36,004 bases of DNA from Folioceros fuciformis. Taxonomy: Eukaryota. This document shows positions 1-11,340 of the stretch, piece after piece. The number at the start of each line of letters is the position of its first letter. Within the stretch, counting starts at the first letter, position 1. The translations under genes and the position numbers were made by a program. The notes under the pieces were generated by a model. It saw nothing but the letters and a program-made list of their open reading frames with translations, made no database searches and was not told the origin of the DNA. The DNA is taken from positions 61,311-97,314 of the forward strand of contig JBNGIO010006317.1 in assembly GCA_049999805.1 (NCBI GenBank). Direction: 5' to 3'.

Positions 1-80
1 GCTACAACATCAGTTGTCGCCGGAGCTCATCCTACAACATCAGTTGTCGCCGGAGCTCATGCTACAACATCAGTTGTTGC
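1..80. repeat. 30-bp tandem repeat, ~2.6 copies
   Basis: Unit gctacaacatcagttgtcgccggagctcat; on the minus strand it reads ELRRQLML* with TAG probably from CAG. Confidence 0.9.
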
Positions 81-907
81 ATGTGAAGTTGGTTTGCCAT
101 TTTGGCTGCTTCAATCTTTGCTAGACAATCAGCGAAAGATGATAAGCCTGTTGCACTTTCCTTTCCCACTCCTGAAATAGAAGACCTTCTACGCTTGACC
201 TTTTTACCTTGTACATGATCACTCATATTGTCTTGTTCTGTTGTGCCTAGCTTACTTGGGGATTCTACATAGTGCTCCTCTATTTTCTCTTACGCTTTGG
301 AAGTGCCATGATGGGGTGCATGCAGTGAATCACCTTGAGAAGCTTGCTCCAAATCAAATAAGTAAGTTCCACTCTTTGCAGCATCTAAAGGTGAGTTGGC
401 AGTACCTTGTGACATCTTTGACTTGCCAGGATCCAAGGCACCTGGAATCCCTTGGAATTTGGGGCTTTTTTCACAAAGGTCTGTCATCACATGGAAGTGG
501 GGCCACGAGGAATTGATGCTTCCTGTTGCTGTTTTTTGCTCCTTCTCCTTTCGGTACCGCTTCTTGAGATTTTCCATTTTCATCTTACACTTTTTTGCAG
601 TCACACTAGGAAGTCCACAATTGTTACTAACTTTAGCAGCCACCTCATTCCAGTGTCTTGCAGTGAGGTTACCTTGCTTGAGGTGCACCAGGTGCATCTC
701 ATGATAGGCTTCTATCAGAACAGTTGTTGCTTCTTCACTCCACATGAGGTTGCTATCATGCTTTGATTTGGCTGTAGCATGTTGCTCCTCTCAGCCTGCA
801 AGGAGATCATCGTCTTGGTCTTCAAAGGCTTCTCCATCCTCCACAACGGTAAGATGTCCCATGGTCTGTCTTGTGAAGTCTTGGAATTCGTTCAGTGCCT
901 CATCCAT
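1..907 (-). pseudogene. Trihelix (SIP1/ASIL-like) Myb/SANT DNA-binding protein, degenerate; runs off the window start
   Basis: ORF 290-745 reads WSEEATTVLIEAY...GNLTARHWNEVAAKV...CKMKMENLKKRYRKEK, a trihelix/Myb_DNA-bind_4 signature. The same frame extends upstream to an ATG at 907 through one TGA. It also continues downstream through TAA(290) into a coiled-coil-like tail SFADCLAKIEAAKMANQLHMQQLML* typical of SIP1-clade C-termini. Confidence 0.75.
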
Positions 908-1950
908 GACAGAGCGATGAAGTGTTGATTGGCGAGGAGGTGGAGTATGTGGCTGAGGCTAAGAAGAGGCTAGAGTACTTGTGGTGGAAGCTAGAATTTT
1001 TGCTGTGAAGGCTAGAAGAGTCTTTATCCTCGCGAGAGGCGGACGTGTGGGTGAGTGGTGACCTAACTTGTATGATTATTAATTATAATTATACCATCAC
1101 GGGTATACACTGGAAACAAAGCAAGTCCCTGGCCCCGTTTTTTGAACCAAATATAAAATACTTGCAAACTCACCGTGAGCGCGGTTTGCTACTTTCTTTG
1201 ATGGAAAGAAAGCTTTTTTTAGAGCTTTTCTTTTCTTTGCAGGAAACGGCGCACTACTTTGAACTGCCCTTGAGGGAGTGGGCATTCTTGATTGTTAAAC
1301 TTCATCTACTGGCCCATTGAGCTTTGTTTTGAGTTTCTTCACCACAAAACAAAGCTCTCCAAACACAAATCATTTTTGTTACTACAATGTGTAGGTCTTA
1401 AAGCGAATGAAGCGTTGGATGCAACCTCTCCAAAGTACAAAACTAAGGCTCATTCTTAGAAAAATCTCAACTACTCATTACTATCTTCATTAATGGCTCA
1501 TCGTGTGCTAAGAACACACAAAGACTCTAGACTAGAGTCCCCTTTTACACCATCTCGTGGATGTCCTCTATGTCTTCTTGTTCTTGGGCTTGGAGTCATT
1601 GGGTTTGTTTGTTTTCTTACTACAGTCGGTGGATGAATGACTATCACTAAGGGCCATTTTGGGTGCATTTGTATGTTATGATTAAGGGTATCTTCCACAT
1701 CCATCTTCATGCCATTACTTGAGCTATCTTGTAGGTTCCATTGCGTGTGATGGTATCCTCTAGATCCATGTGTGCCCCATTGCATGCGTTGGTATCTTTT
1801 GCATCCATATGTTGCCCATTGCTTGAGGTATCTTCTAGACACATGTGTGCCCCATGAGTTGACCTATCTCCTACATCCACATATGTTCCTTTGCTTAATG
1901 TATGTTTTGAATCTTGCTCCATTTCCTCTACACGTTGTCTACAAAATTCG

Positions 1951-2010
1951 GCAAATCTTTTCATGAAGGCACGAACTAGAGCAAATCTTTTCATGAAGGC
2001 ACGAACTAGA
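1951..2010. repeat. Perfect 30-bp direct duplication
   Basis: gcaaatcttttcatgaaggcacgaactaga occurs twice, inside the unassigned ORF 1707-2060. Confidence 0.9.
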
Positions 2011-2357
2011 GCACGATCTGGTACCTCGTCCAAACACCTTTCATCACTTTTTCTTTTCATGATTGCTATGAATAATAAGAATCAATATCCTGAATTAAAT
2101 TATGAATGACAAAACGTTAGAGTTAGAGTTAGTATGAAATAAAGTAGAAGCCAATAAAACAGAAATTTAAAGCAAGAGTAGAAAGCTTAAAAAAACACAA
2201 CTTACAAAACGAGCCCAAAAAAGAAAACTTTTTACTCACATGAAAACAAATTTGCGAGACCTAGGCTGATGTGTATTTGTGAGAATCAATGGCTGAAGCC
2301 AAAATCATTTATAAGGGTACACTAAACATACATATTTTATAAGAGATGTGATCAGCT

Positions 2358-3377
2358 CATGTAATCAAGAAGGGTAGCGTCGCCCGCTTTCACTACGTCC
2401 ACTACGCAAAGTCTCCTGTGGCTGTCTTTCATGCCCACTTTCACTACGTCCACCACACAAAGTCTCCCGTGGCTATCTTTCACGCCCACTTTCACTACGT
2501 CCACCACGCAAAGTCTCCCGTGGCTGTCTTTCATGTTCAACGATTCCACAAAGTTGATGGCTTCCTTTGCAACCTGCAGATCTTGGACGCCGCAACATGC
2601 ATCGAGGAGTGAGTCCCAAATGTCGATGCCCGTACTCACTTGTGGCTACGCATACTTAGCTAGATTCTATATGTATAGCCTCATTCCTTCATACAAGTCA
2701 TCCAGCTCAAAGAATCTCGGCCGATGATACTCTTTCACAGTGACATTCCAAAGTGGATCCCTGCACTCCGGTCCCAACTCTGATCTCATTTCCAAATCCC
2801 TTTCACACACCTTCACAGTTCCCTCAAACTCCCAAACCTCGCAAGATCCCACGCGTAGATCTTGACCACAGTTTCTGTGACACCGACTTCTACCATCCCC
2901 CTGCACTTCCTATTAATGTATGTAGGATCATCCACCAGCGTCATCTCCTCCAACGCCAGCAACATCGGCGCATTATAGTACACTAGAGCCTCGCTTCCCA
3001 CGCCCTGTGGCTCCTTGTCCACAGTTGAAGTTGCCTTGCCATGCTTGACAACAATATCTGCGCATAATTGCTTCTTCCGCTCCCGGAATATGTACAACAT
3101 CCGTCGACTGGGCCGAGCCCATGTCTGCCCCAACCCGAACCAAGCCTTTGCAGCGGCCAACTACCAGATGACGAAGCTTGAAACGCTATATGGGCTAGGC
3201 TCCTCCGGAATGCGATCTCAGACCACCAACCACTTATTCTCCAAGATCGGCACGAAGAACAGGTGTGGATTGTCCAGCCGCAGCAAATCCACCAGCTGCG
3301 GATTGAAATCCCTACCCTCAAATATGAGTATCTTATAATCCCCGAATTCCACCTGCGTGCATTCTGCAAGCAACTCT
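2358..3377 (-). pseudogene. Copy A of the Uma2-like/ankyrin gene family; frameshifted and 5'-truncated by an LTR insertion
   Basis: Pieces in several frames (LVYYNAPMLLALEEM..DDP..INRKCRGMVEVG, FEGTVKVCER..ELG..DPLWNV, KDSHGRLCVVDVVKAGDATLLDYM) match ORFs 20860-23304 and 25400-26992. Homology stops abruptly at 3377, where TGTTAGG begins. Confidence 0.9.
2388..2535. repeat. 51-bp tandem triplication inside copy A
   Basis: Three copies encoding ~MKDSHGRLCVVDVVKVG; this segment is single-copy in the paralogs. Confidence 0.9.
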
Positions 3378-3487
3378 TGTTAGGAATAAGAGGATCGTTA
3401 GTGTTTAAGCCTAGCCTAGTGTCTCGCTTCAAATGGTGAATAGTCACGACTCTTCATGATCAGGCTGTCATATGCCTTAGCACATTC

Positions 3488-3714
3488 TAAAGGAATAGAT
3501 GTGTTGGAATCAAGATTAGGGTTAGCATGTTAAGTTATTTTAAAGGGCCATAGCTTTTCATTAGGGTTACACCTTTTCGTAAAGGCATGACTTTTGGTTT
3601 CTACAAAAACCACTATGAACTTTAATATGTATGTATTCTTTACATATATAGAGATACAATGTAATACAATGATTAATATTGCTATTAATCTGCATTTTCT
3701 TATTAATTCATAAA
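3488..3714 (+). repeat. 5' LTR (227 bp)
   Basis: Matches 11112-11340 with ~6 substitutions and one 2-bp indel by manual comparison. Confidence 0.93.
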
Positions 3715-3726
3715 TGGTATCAGAGC
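3715..3726 (+). promoter_or_regulatory. Primer binding site (initiator tRNA-Met)
   Basis: TGGTATCAGAGC immediately after the 5' LTR. Confidence 0.95.
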
Positions 3727-4784
3727 TAGATATGCAGGTTGTATTTGATTAATGCACATTGTAAAATGCATTTAAAAAGAATGAATTAAATTGATTTAGA
3801 AAAATGCTTTCTTGATCAAGAAACCAAAAACTTAAAGAATATATTTGTGTTGTTTATTTATATAGAAATTGACGCAATTCCCGGCAAATTAAGGAAGTGA
3901 TCCCGATGCATCTTTCTTGAATTGGTATGTGAGCAATTTTAGAAGAAATGCACTAGGACAACTACCTAATCTGAAGGTTGATTATTAGAAAATATTTTCA
4001 ATAAACTACAATGTCAAAAGAAAACATTTAACAACACCAGATCTGGCCTAATGAATGGTAAACCGTGTAGACGGGCACTGGTGGCCGCTTCGCCCTGCTG
4101 AGCGAATTCCACAAAATCAGAATCGCCGCAGGGGGCAAGGAGCACAAGCTGTAAGAAATACGGTTGCTAAGCAACTTCAGCAACATACAACTGAATGGCT
4201 TGCTAGAACCCAAAATCAGCCTATGCTTGCTTTTGAAGTAAGAGAATCCTTCAATACCTTGATTGAAGCACTCTACCCTAATCGGCGCCACTTGGTAATT
4301 GCCCTTCCACCTCAAAACCCTAATAATCTCTCAGAAGTGCGTGTTTAGAGGGCCTTTGATGGGAATGGTCATCACAGAGGTTTTCGGACAACACATGTAT
4401 CACCACCCACTAGTGTTGCACAATTAGTGAATAGAATTGAATCACATCAGGAACATGTTGATACACGTTTTAGTAGCATTATACAAAAAGTGTCTGCTGC
4501 TATTGTAGACTTGAGAGACTTACAAGAGCAGATAGGTCATTTGGATTTCAAACTTCTTATGTTATTGAAGCCAGCCTTGCTTGCTAACCTTGCCCTTAGG
4601 GGTGTAGCATGTAAGAATGCCAAGAAAACAAATAAGGAATATATGTTTGGAAGTCTAAATTCGTGTCCTTCTTACTCTGTATATGCTTCAATAAGTGGGA
4701 TATTAGAAATTAGTAGAATACAACAGGAATCAGTAGTTGTACCTGCAGTTGACAGACTGCCTGATGCTGTCAATATCCTTTTGA

Positions 4785-7700
4785 TTGTGTTGCATGAGCA
4801 TCATTTGTCTAGGTGGGGAAGGGTTTAAAGAGAAAGACAGATTTGGTGGGCGAGATTACGACATATGGGTAATCAGAATGAGGGGAGCCTTGCAAAATAA
4901 GACACTTTGGAAGGTAGTTATTGGGGATATTAAGCCCCCAGTTGTCTCCACTCCATCCACAACTACTGAAATAAGGTTACAAGATGCATGGGATGCAAAA
5001 GATGAAGCAGCCATGTTCCTCATCCGAAGTGGTCTTACCTCAGAGATGTTAAGACAGACTTTAGGATGTACAAGTTCAGCAGAATTCTCGTCCAGGCTTC
5101 AAGACTTGTATGCAGGCAGCAATCAAACAAGTCAGATGACAGCTTTGCAAAATTTACAGCTTTACAGAATGAAAGATGGGGAATCAATTGAAAAGCACCT
5201 TGGACATTTCAGAACACTTGTGCCCAGGCTGGAAAGTGCTTCAAACGAGGTTATAAAGGATGATACACTTACACTTTATTTCCTCATATCCTTACCAGAA
5301 TCTTGGTCACATTTCATGACCTCCTTTAACACTTCCAGACTCCAGACTAAGAAACTTGCAAAGGCTTCAAATGTTTCCCTTCCAGAAACTACCTTTGCAA
5401 AGTTAGTGGGAGCATTACTACAAGAGGAAGCAACAATGTATCATAATAAACGTTCTGGTAAACAATAAGCCCTCTATACATCTAATAGAGGACGTGGAGG
5501 AGGAAGACCCTATAACAGGGTGGGGGCAGTACCTCAACAGGTGGTGGCTCACAAGGACCAGGAGCCAACCTTAGAAAACCAAACAGGACAAGAAACTACA
5601 ACTGGTGCAAGTTACCTGGTCACTGGGAGCGTGAGTGCCAGAAAAAGCAAGTTGGTGTTCCTTGCAAGGAGGGTTCAACCAGTGCTGAGTCTCACATGGT
5701 TGTGAAGAAGCAACCAACCCCTTCTGCCCTCACAGTCGGTATAACAGTGTTTGCAACAAGTTCATTCTTATCTCCTGCTTGGCTGTCAACAAATACAAAT
5801 GTCAAGTATACCACTGATTGGTACTTAGACACAGGGGCTATTGCCCACATTTGCTTAGACAGAGGAGCGTTTCAAACGTACAAAAAAATTAAGGATCAGT
5901 ACGTATACCTAGGTGATGATAGATCCCTAGTCTCTCCTGGTCTTGGCACAATAAACCTGCCATTTCCATCAGGAAATGTGTTAGTACTGCATGACGTCTA
6001 CTACGTACCAGATATGATACGAAATCTCATTTCAGTCAGAAATCTGAATGCTAATAATTACTGTTACATCGTATTCGCTCAAACAGAATGTCAAGTACTA
6101 GATGCTTTTAATCATAATAAAGTAATAGCCTATGAGTCATCAGATAGAGACTTGTTTCGTCTCCATACAAATAGTAGCGTACCACTCTCAAACTTGACAA
6201 AGAGTGCAACCACTGTGTCTGCACAGCACATAGAAAAGTCAAAGTTGTGGCACTCACAACTAGGCCATCCACATTCAGCAAAGTTACAAAAAGTAGCTGT
6301 AAGCGATCTTTACCAACATGGGCATATTGGGCCTATGGTACCACTTCCTTTGTGTGAATCTTGTGTTCTTTCCAAGAGACATCAAGCAACCTTTAAAAAC
6401 AAGGCACCACACAGGGCTTCGAATGTCTTGGAACTTGTCCATACAGATTTGTGTGGACCCCTCTCACAGGAGTCCATTGGTGGTGGTAAATACTTTGTGA
6501 CATTTACAGATGACAAAACAAGGTTTGTTACTACCTACATTTTGAAGCAGAAGAGTGAATGTTTCACTCACTTTAAGGATTACCTTAAGTATGTAGAAAG
6601 ATGGACTGGTTAGCAACTTAAAACTTTAAGATCAGACAACGAGGGAGAGTTTACCTCAAAAGATTTTTAGGATTATTGTTTGGCTGAGGGCATTGGTCGC
6701 CGGCTCACAGTAGTCTACACTACACAGCAAAATGGAGTTGCTAAGCGTCTTAATCTAACGTTGCAGGAGATGACATCTTCTCTTCTACATCATGCTCAGC
6801 TCCCCCGGCCATATTGGGCAGAAGCCATTATGACATCTACTTATCTTAAAAATAGATTGCCCACAACTTCAGTTGTTGGACTTACCCCGTATAAAGCTTT
6901 CACATGATGTGAGCCATCCATTCTTCACCTAGGCACCTTTGGCTATGTAGCATACGCTTTTATCCCTAAAGAAAAGAGGAAGAAGTTATCAGACGAGGCA
7001 CGTAAGCTTCTGATGTTAGGCTACACAGAGGGTATCAAGGCATATAAACTCTATGATGTCCCTAAAAATAAAGTAATATATGCCAGAAGTGTTACCTTTG
7101 ATGAAGGTAGCACTTGGGCATCGGTGGGAGCTTCTCAAGATCCCCCTCTTGATCATGATAATGACACAATCGTGCTTCACGATTCACATTTCGATCAGAC
7201 TGATCATGGAACTCAAGTTGTTCCTGCTGAGGATGTTGCCATGTGGGTGGGGATGATCTGGCTGATGATCTACTTGTTGGTCTTGAAGACGCAGCTGCAG
7301 AGCCTACACATCTAGATGCACCTGACAATCATCGGGATCAACAAGATCACCATACTCCAGAACAACCTATTGAGAATGAACCTGCCTTAGATATTGAGAT
7401 TGACCCTACCTTAGATGCTGAAGAACCACCTCCAGCTCTTGAAGAACCAACTAGAAGGTATCTGTCTCGTCATAAACAACCTCCTGATTATTACCGTGCT
7501 CCAGACTTTTGTGTTTCTTCTTCCTATGTGACAATCAATGCTGCAACCTCTCTGGACCCCATTGAACCTCAATCCTATGAAGAGGCATTGAGTAGACTTG
7601 ATCACAAAGAATGGGAAAAAGCAATTCAGTCTGAGTATGACTCCTTGATGGAGAATGGAACATGGGAGCTTGTGGAATTACCTTTAGATAGAAAACTTGT

Positions 7701-9149
7701 TTCATGCAAATGGGTGTTTAAACTAAAAGTTAAGGCAGATGGTACCTTCGATAGGTATAAAGCTCGTTTGGTGGCGAGGGGTTTCTCCCAAGTCCCTGGC
7801 TTGGACTACCTTGAAACCTTTTCTCCAGTCCTAAAGCTATCCACACTCTGAATTATCCTTGCCATATCCACACATTACGATTATGAGTTACAGAGGTATG
7901 ATGTTAAAACAGCCTTCTTGTATGGCAAATTAGACACTGAAATATATATGCAGCAGCCATTAGGATACGAAGTGAAGGGTAAGGAAAACCATGCTTGTAG
8001 ACTGATCAAGTGCATATATGGTTTGAAGCAATCAGCTATGAAGTGGAATGCTGCCTTAGACACAGAACTGCTGAAACTTGGCTTTACTAAGAGTCAGGTT
8101 GACAGCAGTTTATACATACATCTAAAAGAAGAAGTTACAAGCTATCTGGCAGTGTACGTGGACAATTTAATCTTATCCAGTAACAACCAGGCTTTCATTA
8201 CAAGCATTAGAGATGTGTTAGCTACAAAGTTCAAGATGTTCTGTTAGGACCCTTACAAAGTTGTCATGGCATACACATTCAAAGAAACAAGAAAACATGT
8301 GTTATGACTTTGACTCAACCACGTTACCTTCTTGATTGTGCTGAGCAACTTGGTCTTAAGGACGCAAAGCTTGCATCAAAACCCATGTCAGCTGGTCAGA
8401 AGCTAAGTAAAATGATGTCACCTTCTACTCGTAATGAGAAAGAGCAGATGAAAGGCATACCTTACAGACAGGGCGTTGGCAAGTTAATATATGCAAGCAA
8501 CACAACAAGGCTTGAAATAGCATATACTACAAGTGTACTTTCGCAATTCCTGGAAAACCCATGACTGGAACACTGGACAAGCGTTAAACGTGTCTTCAGA
8601 TACCTGAAAGGCACAGCCAACATGGGCATTACATATAAATATCAAACTGGAAAAGCATTGGACCTTGAAGTCTTCACAGACTCTGACTATGCTGCTGATA
8701 TTGATAGTAGACAATCAGTGTCAGGCTATGTGATCTTGATCGCTGCAGAACCAGTATGCTGGTCAAGCAAAAAGCAACCAACTATGGCTTTGTCTTCAAC
8801 AGAAGCGGAGTATCGCGTTCTGATTGTAGCAGCCAAGGAAATAGTGTGGTGTAAGTTACTTTTCAAAGAGCTGGGAATATCAATTTCAACTTGCACGACT
8901 ATCCACACAGACAATCAAGGTTAGATGGCTTTAGCTAAGAATCCAATATTCCACGCACGCACGAAACACGTTGAAGTTGAATATCACTATATAAGAGGAC
9001 TTGTAGCAGAAGGCAAAATTGAGCTTCATTATGTCCCAACACAAGAGAACCCGGCTGACATACTCACTAAAGCTTTGAGCAGAGATGCTCACTACAAGCA
9101 CATGCAGCGTCTTGGCATGGGAGAGGAACAAGCTCTCTCATCCAGCTAA
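4785..9149 (+). pseudogene. Copia gag-pol polyprotein with multiple stops and frameshifts
   Basis: gag (YDIWVIRMRGAL..., SLPESWSHF); knuckle remnant YNWCKLPGHWEREC; protease WYLDTGA; LWHSQLGH/CESC; integrase LELVHTDLCGP and QQNGVA; RT YKARLVARGFSQ and YVDNL; RNase [27 protein letters not shown]. Confidence 0.95.
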
Positions 9150-11102
9150 GTCTAAATCAAAACCTAGCTCTTAAACTTCGGTAAGCCACGGCCATCAAAC
9201 ACAGTAGTGTATCCAAAGTCTATTTCATCTCCAGATTGCAGGGAGTCGGATGTAGACTCATCTTCGATGCAGTATGGGTTGTGACAACCATCGGGTGACA
9301 GTCCTCCAGAGGGACCTGAGTAGTTTCTTTTTTTGGATGGTGCTTCCTCAACTATTTGCTTATCTTTCTGCTTAGCCTCTTCTTTGATTCTCTCAGTGGA
9401 CTCTATACACACATCAAGAAACAAAACCATAGGTCAGTAATCCCTTTTCTGAAAGTTATCAGCAACAGAACCTGGTATGGTGAAAAGATGTAAGAACCAG
9501 CAACTTACTGTATGTGCTGATGACATGAGTAGAGATGAACCTACACTCTCTAACTTTCATGCGCTTCAGCGTCAGTTCTGTGAGCCCAACCCAAACTTTC
9601 TACCAGATTGGCAAGCATGGGCACCTGAAGGAGCCACAGCTCACAATCTAAGTTTTCGCGTTGCTGTGGAAAGGCTTGGGAAACTTCACAAGCGCAAGGC
9701 GGGTGGAGTCGTTATCATAGTAGGCAAAATCCAGATCTATGACCCTGACCTTAAAGGTATATTCAGCTTTGGGCGACGGAGGAGAGGAAGAAGCGCCCAT
9801 ATTCTAGCAAGTTCTGAAGCCTTCGATCTTGCGCCGCTCCAGAACTTCCTTTGTTGTCCCTCTTGGCCTTCCAACTCCCCGCTTGCAGTTGGACGCCTTG
9901 TTCTTTACACTCGCCTCAGTCTTGGTAGTTGTCCTAGGCGCAAACCTACCTAGAGCATCGTGCTGGTAGCAGCGATCGTTGGGAGACCATCAGAAGCAGA
10001 CTAGAAGACACCATGTCGTGCTAGGGCAATGTTGTGATGAGTGAGTCCTGAGTCTGGCCAGCACCCACTTGAAGCTTTGGGTTCCAGGCTTGCACATTCA
10101 GCATTTGTACCTGTATCCTAATGATGTTTCCCCACTACTCTCTAGGTCACAAATTCCAGCACAATCGGCTGCAAGTGAGGATAGTCCATGACCTGAAAAT
10201 GAAAGATTCTGATTGAAGAGATTGTAGCAAAACCTTGCAGCAATCTGGGTTTGAAAGGAGCTGCGTGACACATGCAGCTTGGTGAGTTAGTAAGTTATGC
10301 CATGAACTGCAACATTGGAATCAAAGGCACTGAAAACGTTCTTCATCCTAGCTCCCAATTCGAGAGAACACAAAAACATGGTTTGAGCTACCTTCCCCCA
10401 GTTACAGCGCTGCACGGCGCAACTTCAACAACTATCGACTTCTGCCCTCGCTGCCCCTTTTGCCTAACGCCAGCCATCTTCATGATCCAACGTCCAGCTG
10501 AGTTGGCTTCACGCCCTTGCATCAGCACTGCTCCTTCAATGATGCGTTGCTAGCGTACCCTAAGTTCTGTTGTTTCCCCACGTTGCCATGTTGGGCAGCA
10601 GGGTTACACCAACAACAAGTTGGGAAATACCCAACATGTGTTCAGACTCAACTTGCCTAGAAACATCTAGCTATTTCTAAGCTAGTTTGCGAAATATCTA
10701 CCTAAGCTAAGTTCATTTATTCTAGCATTTAAAACATATATTTGCTATCCTATTCTAAATAACATTGGCTGAGGGTTTCTTACCAAATCGGCGGTCACCT
10801 TCATGATAGCCATGATTAACAGGAGGCGCACGATTCTATGCCTTAACAACTCAGATAATACTTGGGAAGTGAAGAACTGAACGTTATGCAGGCGGCGAAC
10901 TTCATTATTGTAGTGTGTACACTGGAGCTAGTACTCAGAGACACCATCTTGATTCACTGTGACTTGAAAGGTGGAGCGTAACCAAGTACAAAAGTTGTTG
11001 GCTATGGCGCTTGAAGATTAAAACAACCCAGCTGAATTCACAGTCCACGAGCAGCATACAACCGACCCTGAAGACTGAACATGTAAATGAATCATGACCA
11101 AC

Positions 11103-11111
11103 AAGTGGGAG
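11103..11111 (+). promoter_or_regulatory. Polypurine tract
   Basis: AAGTGGGAG directly before the 3' LTR. Confidence 0.8.
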
Positions 11112-11340
11112 TAAAGGAATAGATGTGTTGGAATCATGATTAGGGTTAGTATGTTAAGTTATTTTAAAGGGTCATAGCTTTTCATTAGGGTTACACCTTT
11201 TCGTAAAGGCATGACTTTTGGTTTCTACAAAAACCACTATGAACTTTAATATGTATGTATTCTTTACATATATATAGCGATACAATGTAATACAATGATT
11301 ACTATTGCTATTAATCTACATTTTCTTATTAATTCATAAA
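11112..11340 (+). repeat. 3' LTR (229 bp)
   Basis: Direct repeat of 3488-3714, followed by TSD CATTC. Confidence 0.93.

Larger units (their letters stand above)
3488..11340 (+). mobile_element. Full-length degenerate Ty1/copia LTR retrotransposon (~7.85 kb)
   Basis: Two near-identical LTRs; TSD CATTC at 3483-3487 and 11341-11345; PBS TGGTATCAGAGC; PPT AAGTGGGAG; gag-PR-INT-RT-RH order. Confidence 0.95.

Noticed and set aside
1498-2060. Overlapping minus-strand ORFs with degenerate 12-aa repeats
   Set aside because: Frameshifted, low complexity, and no family could be assigned.
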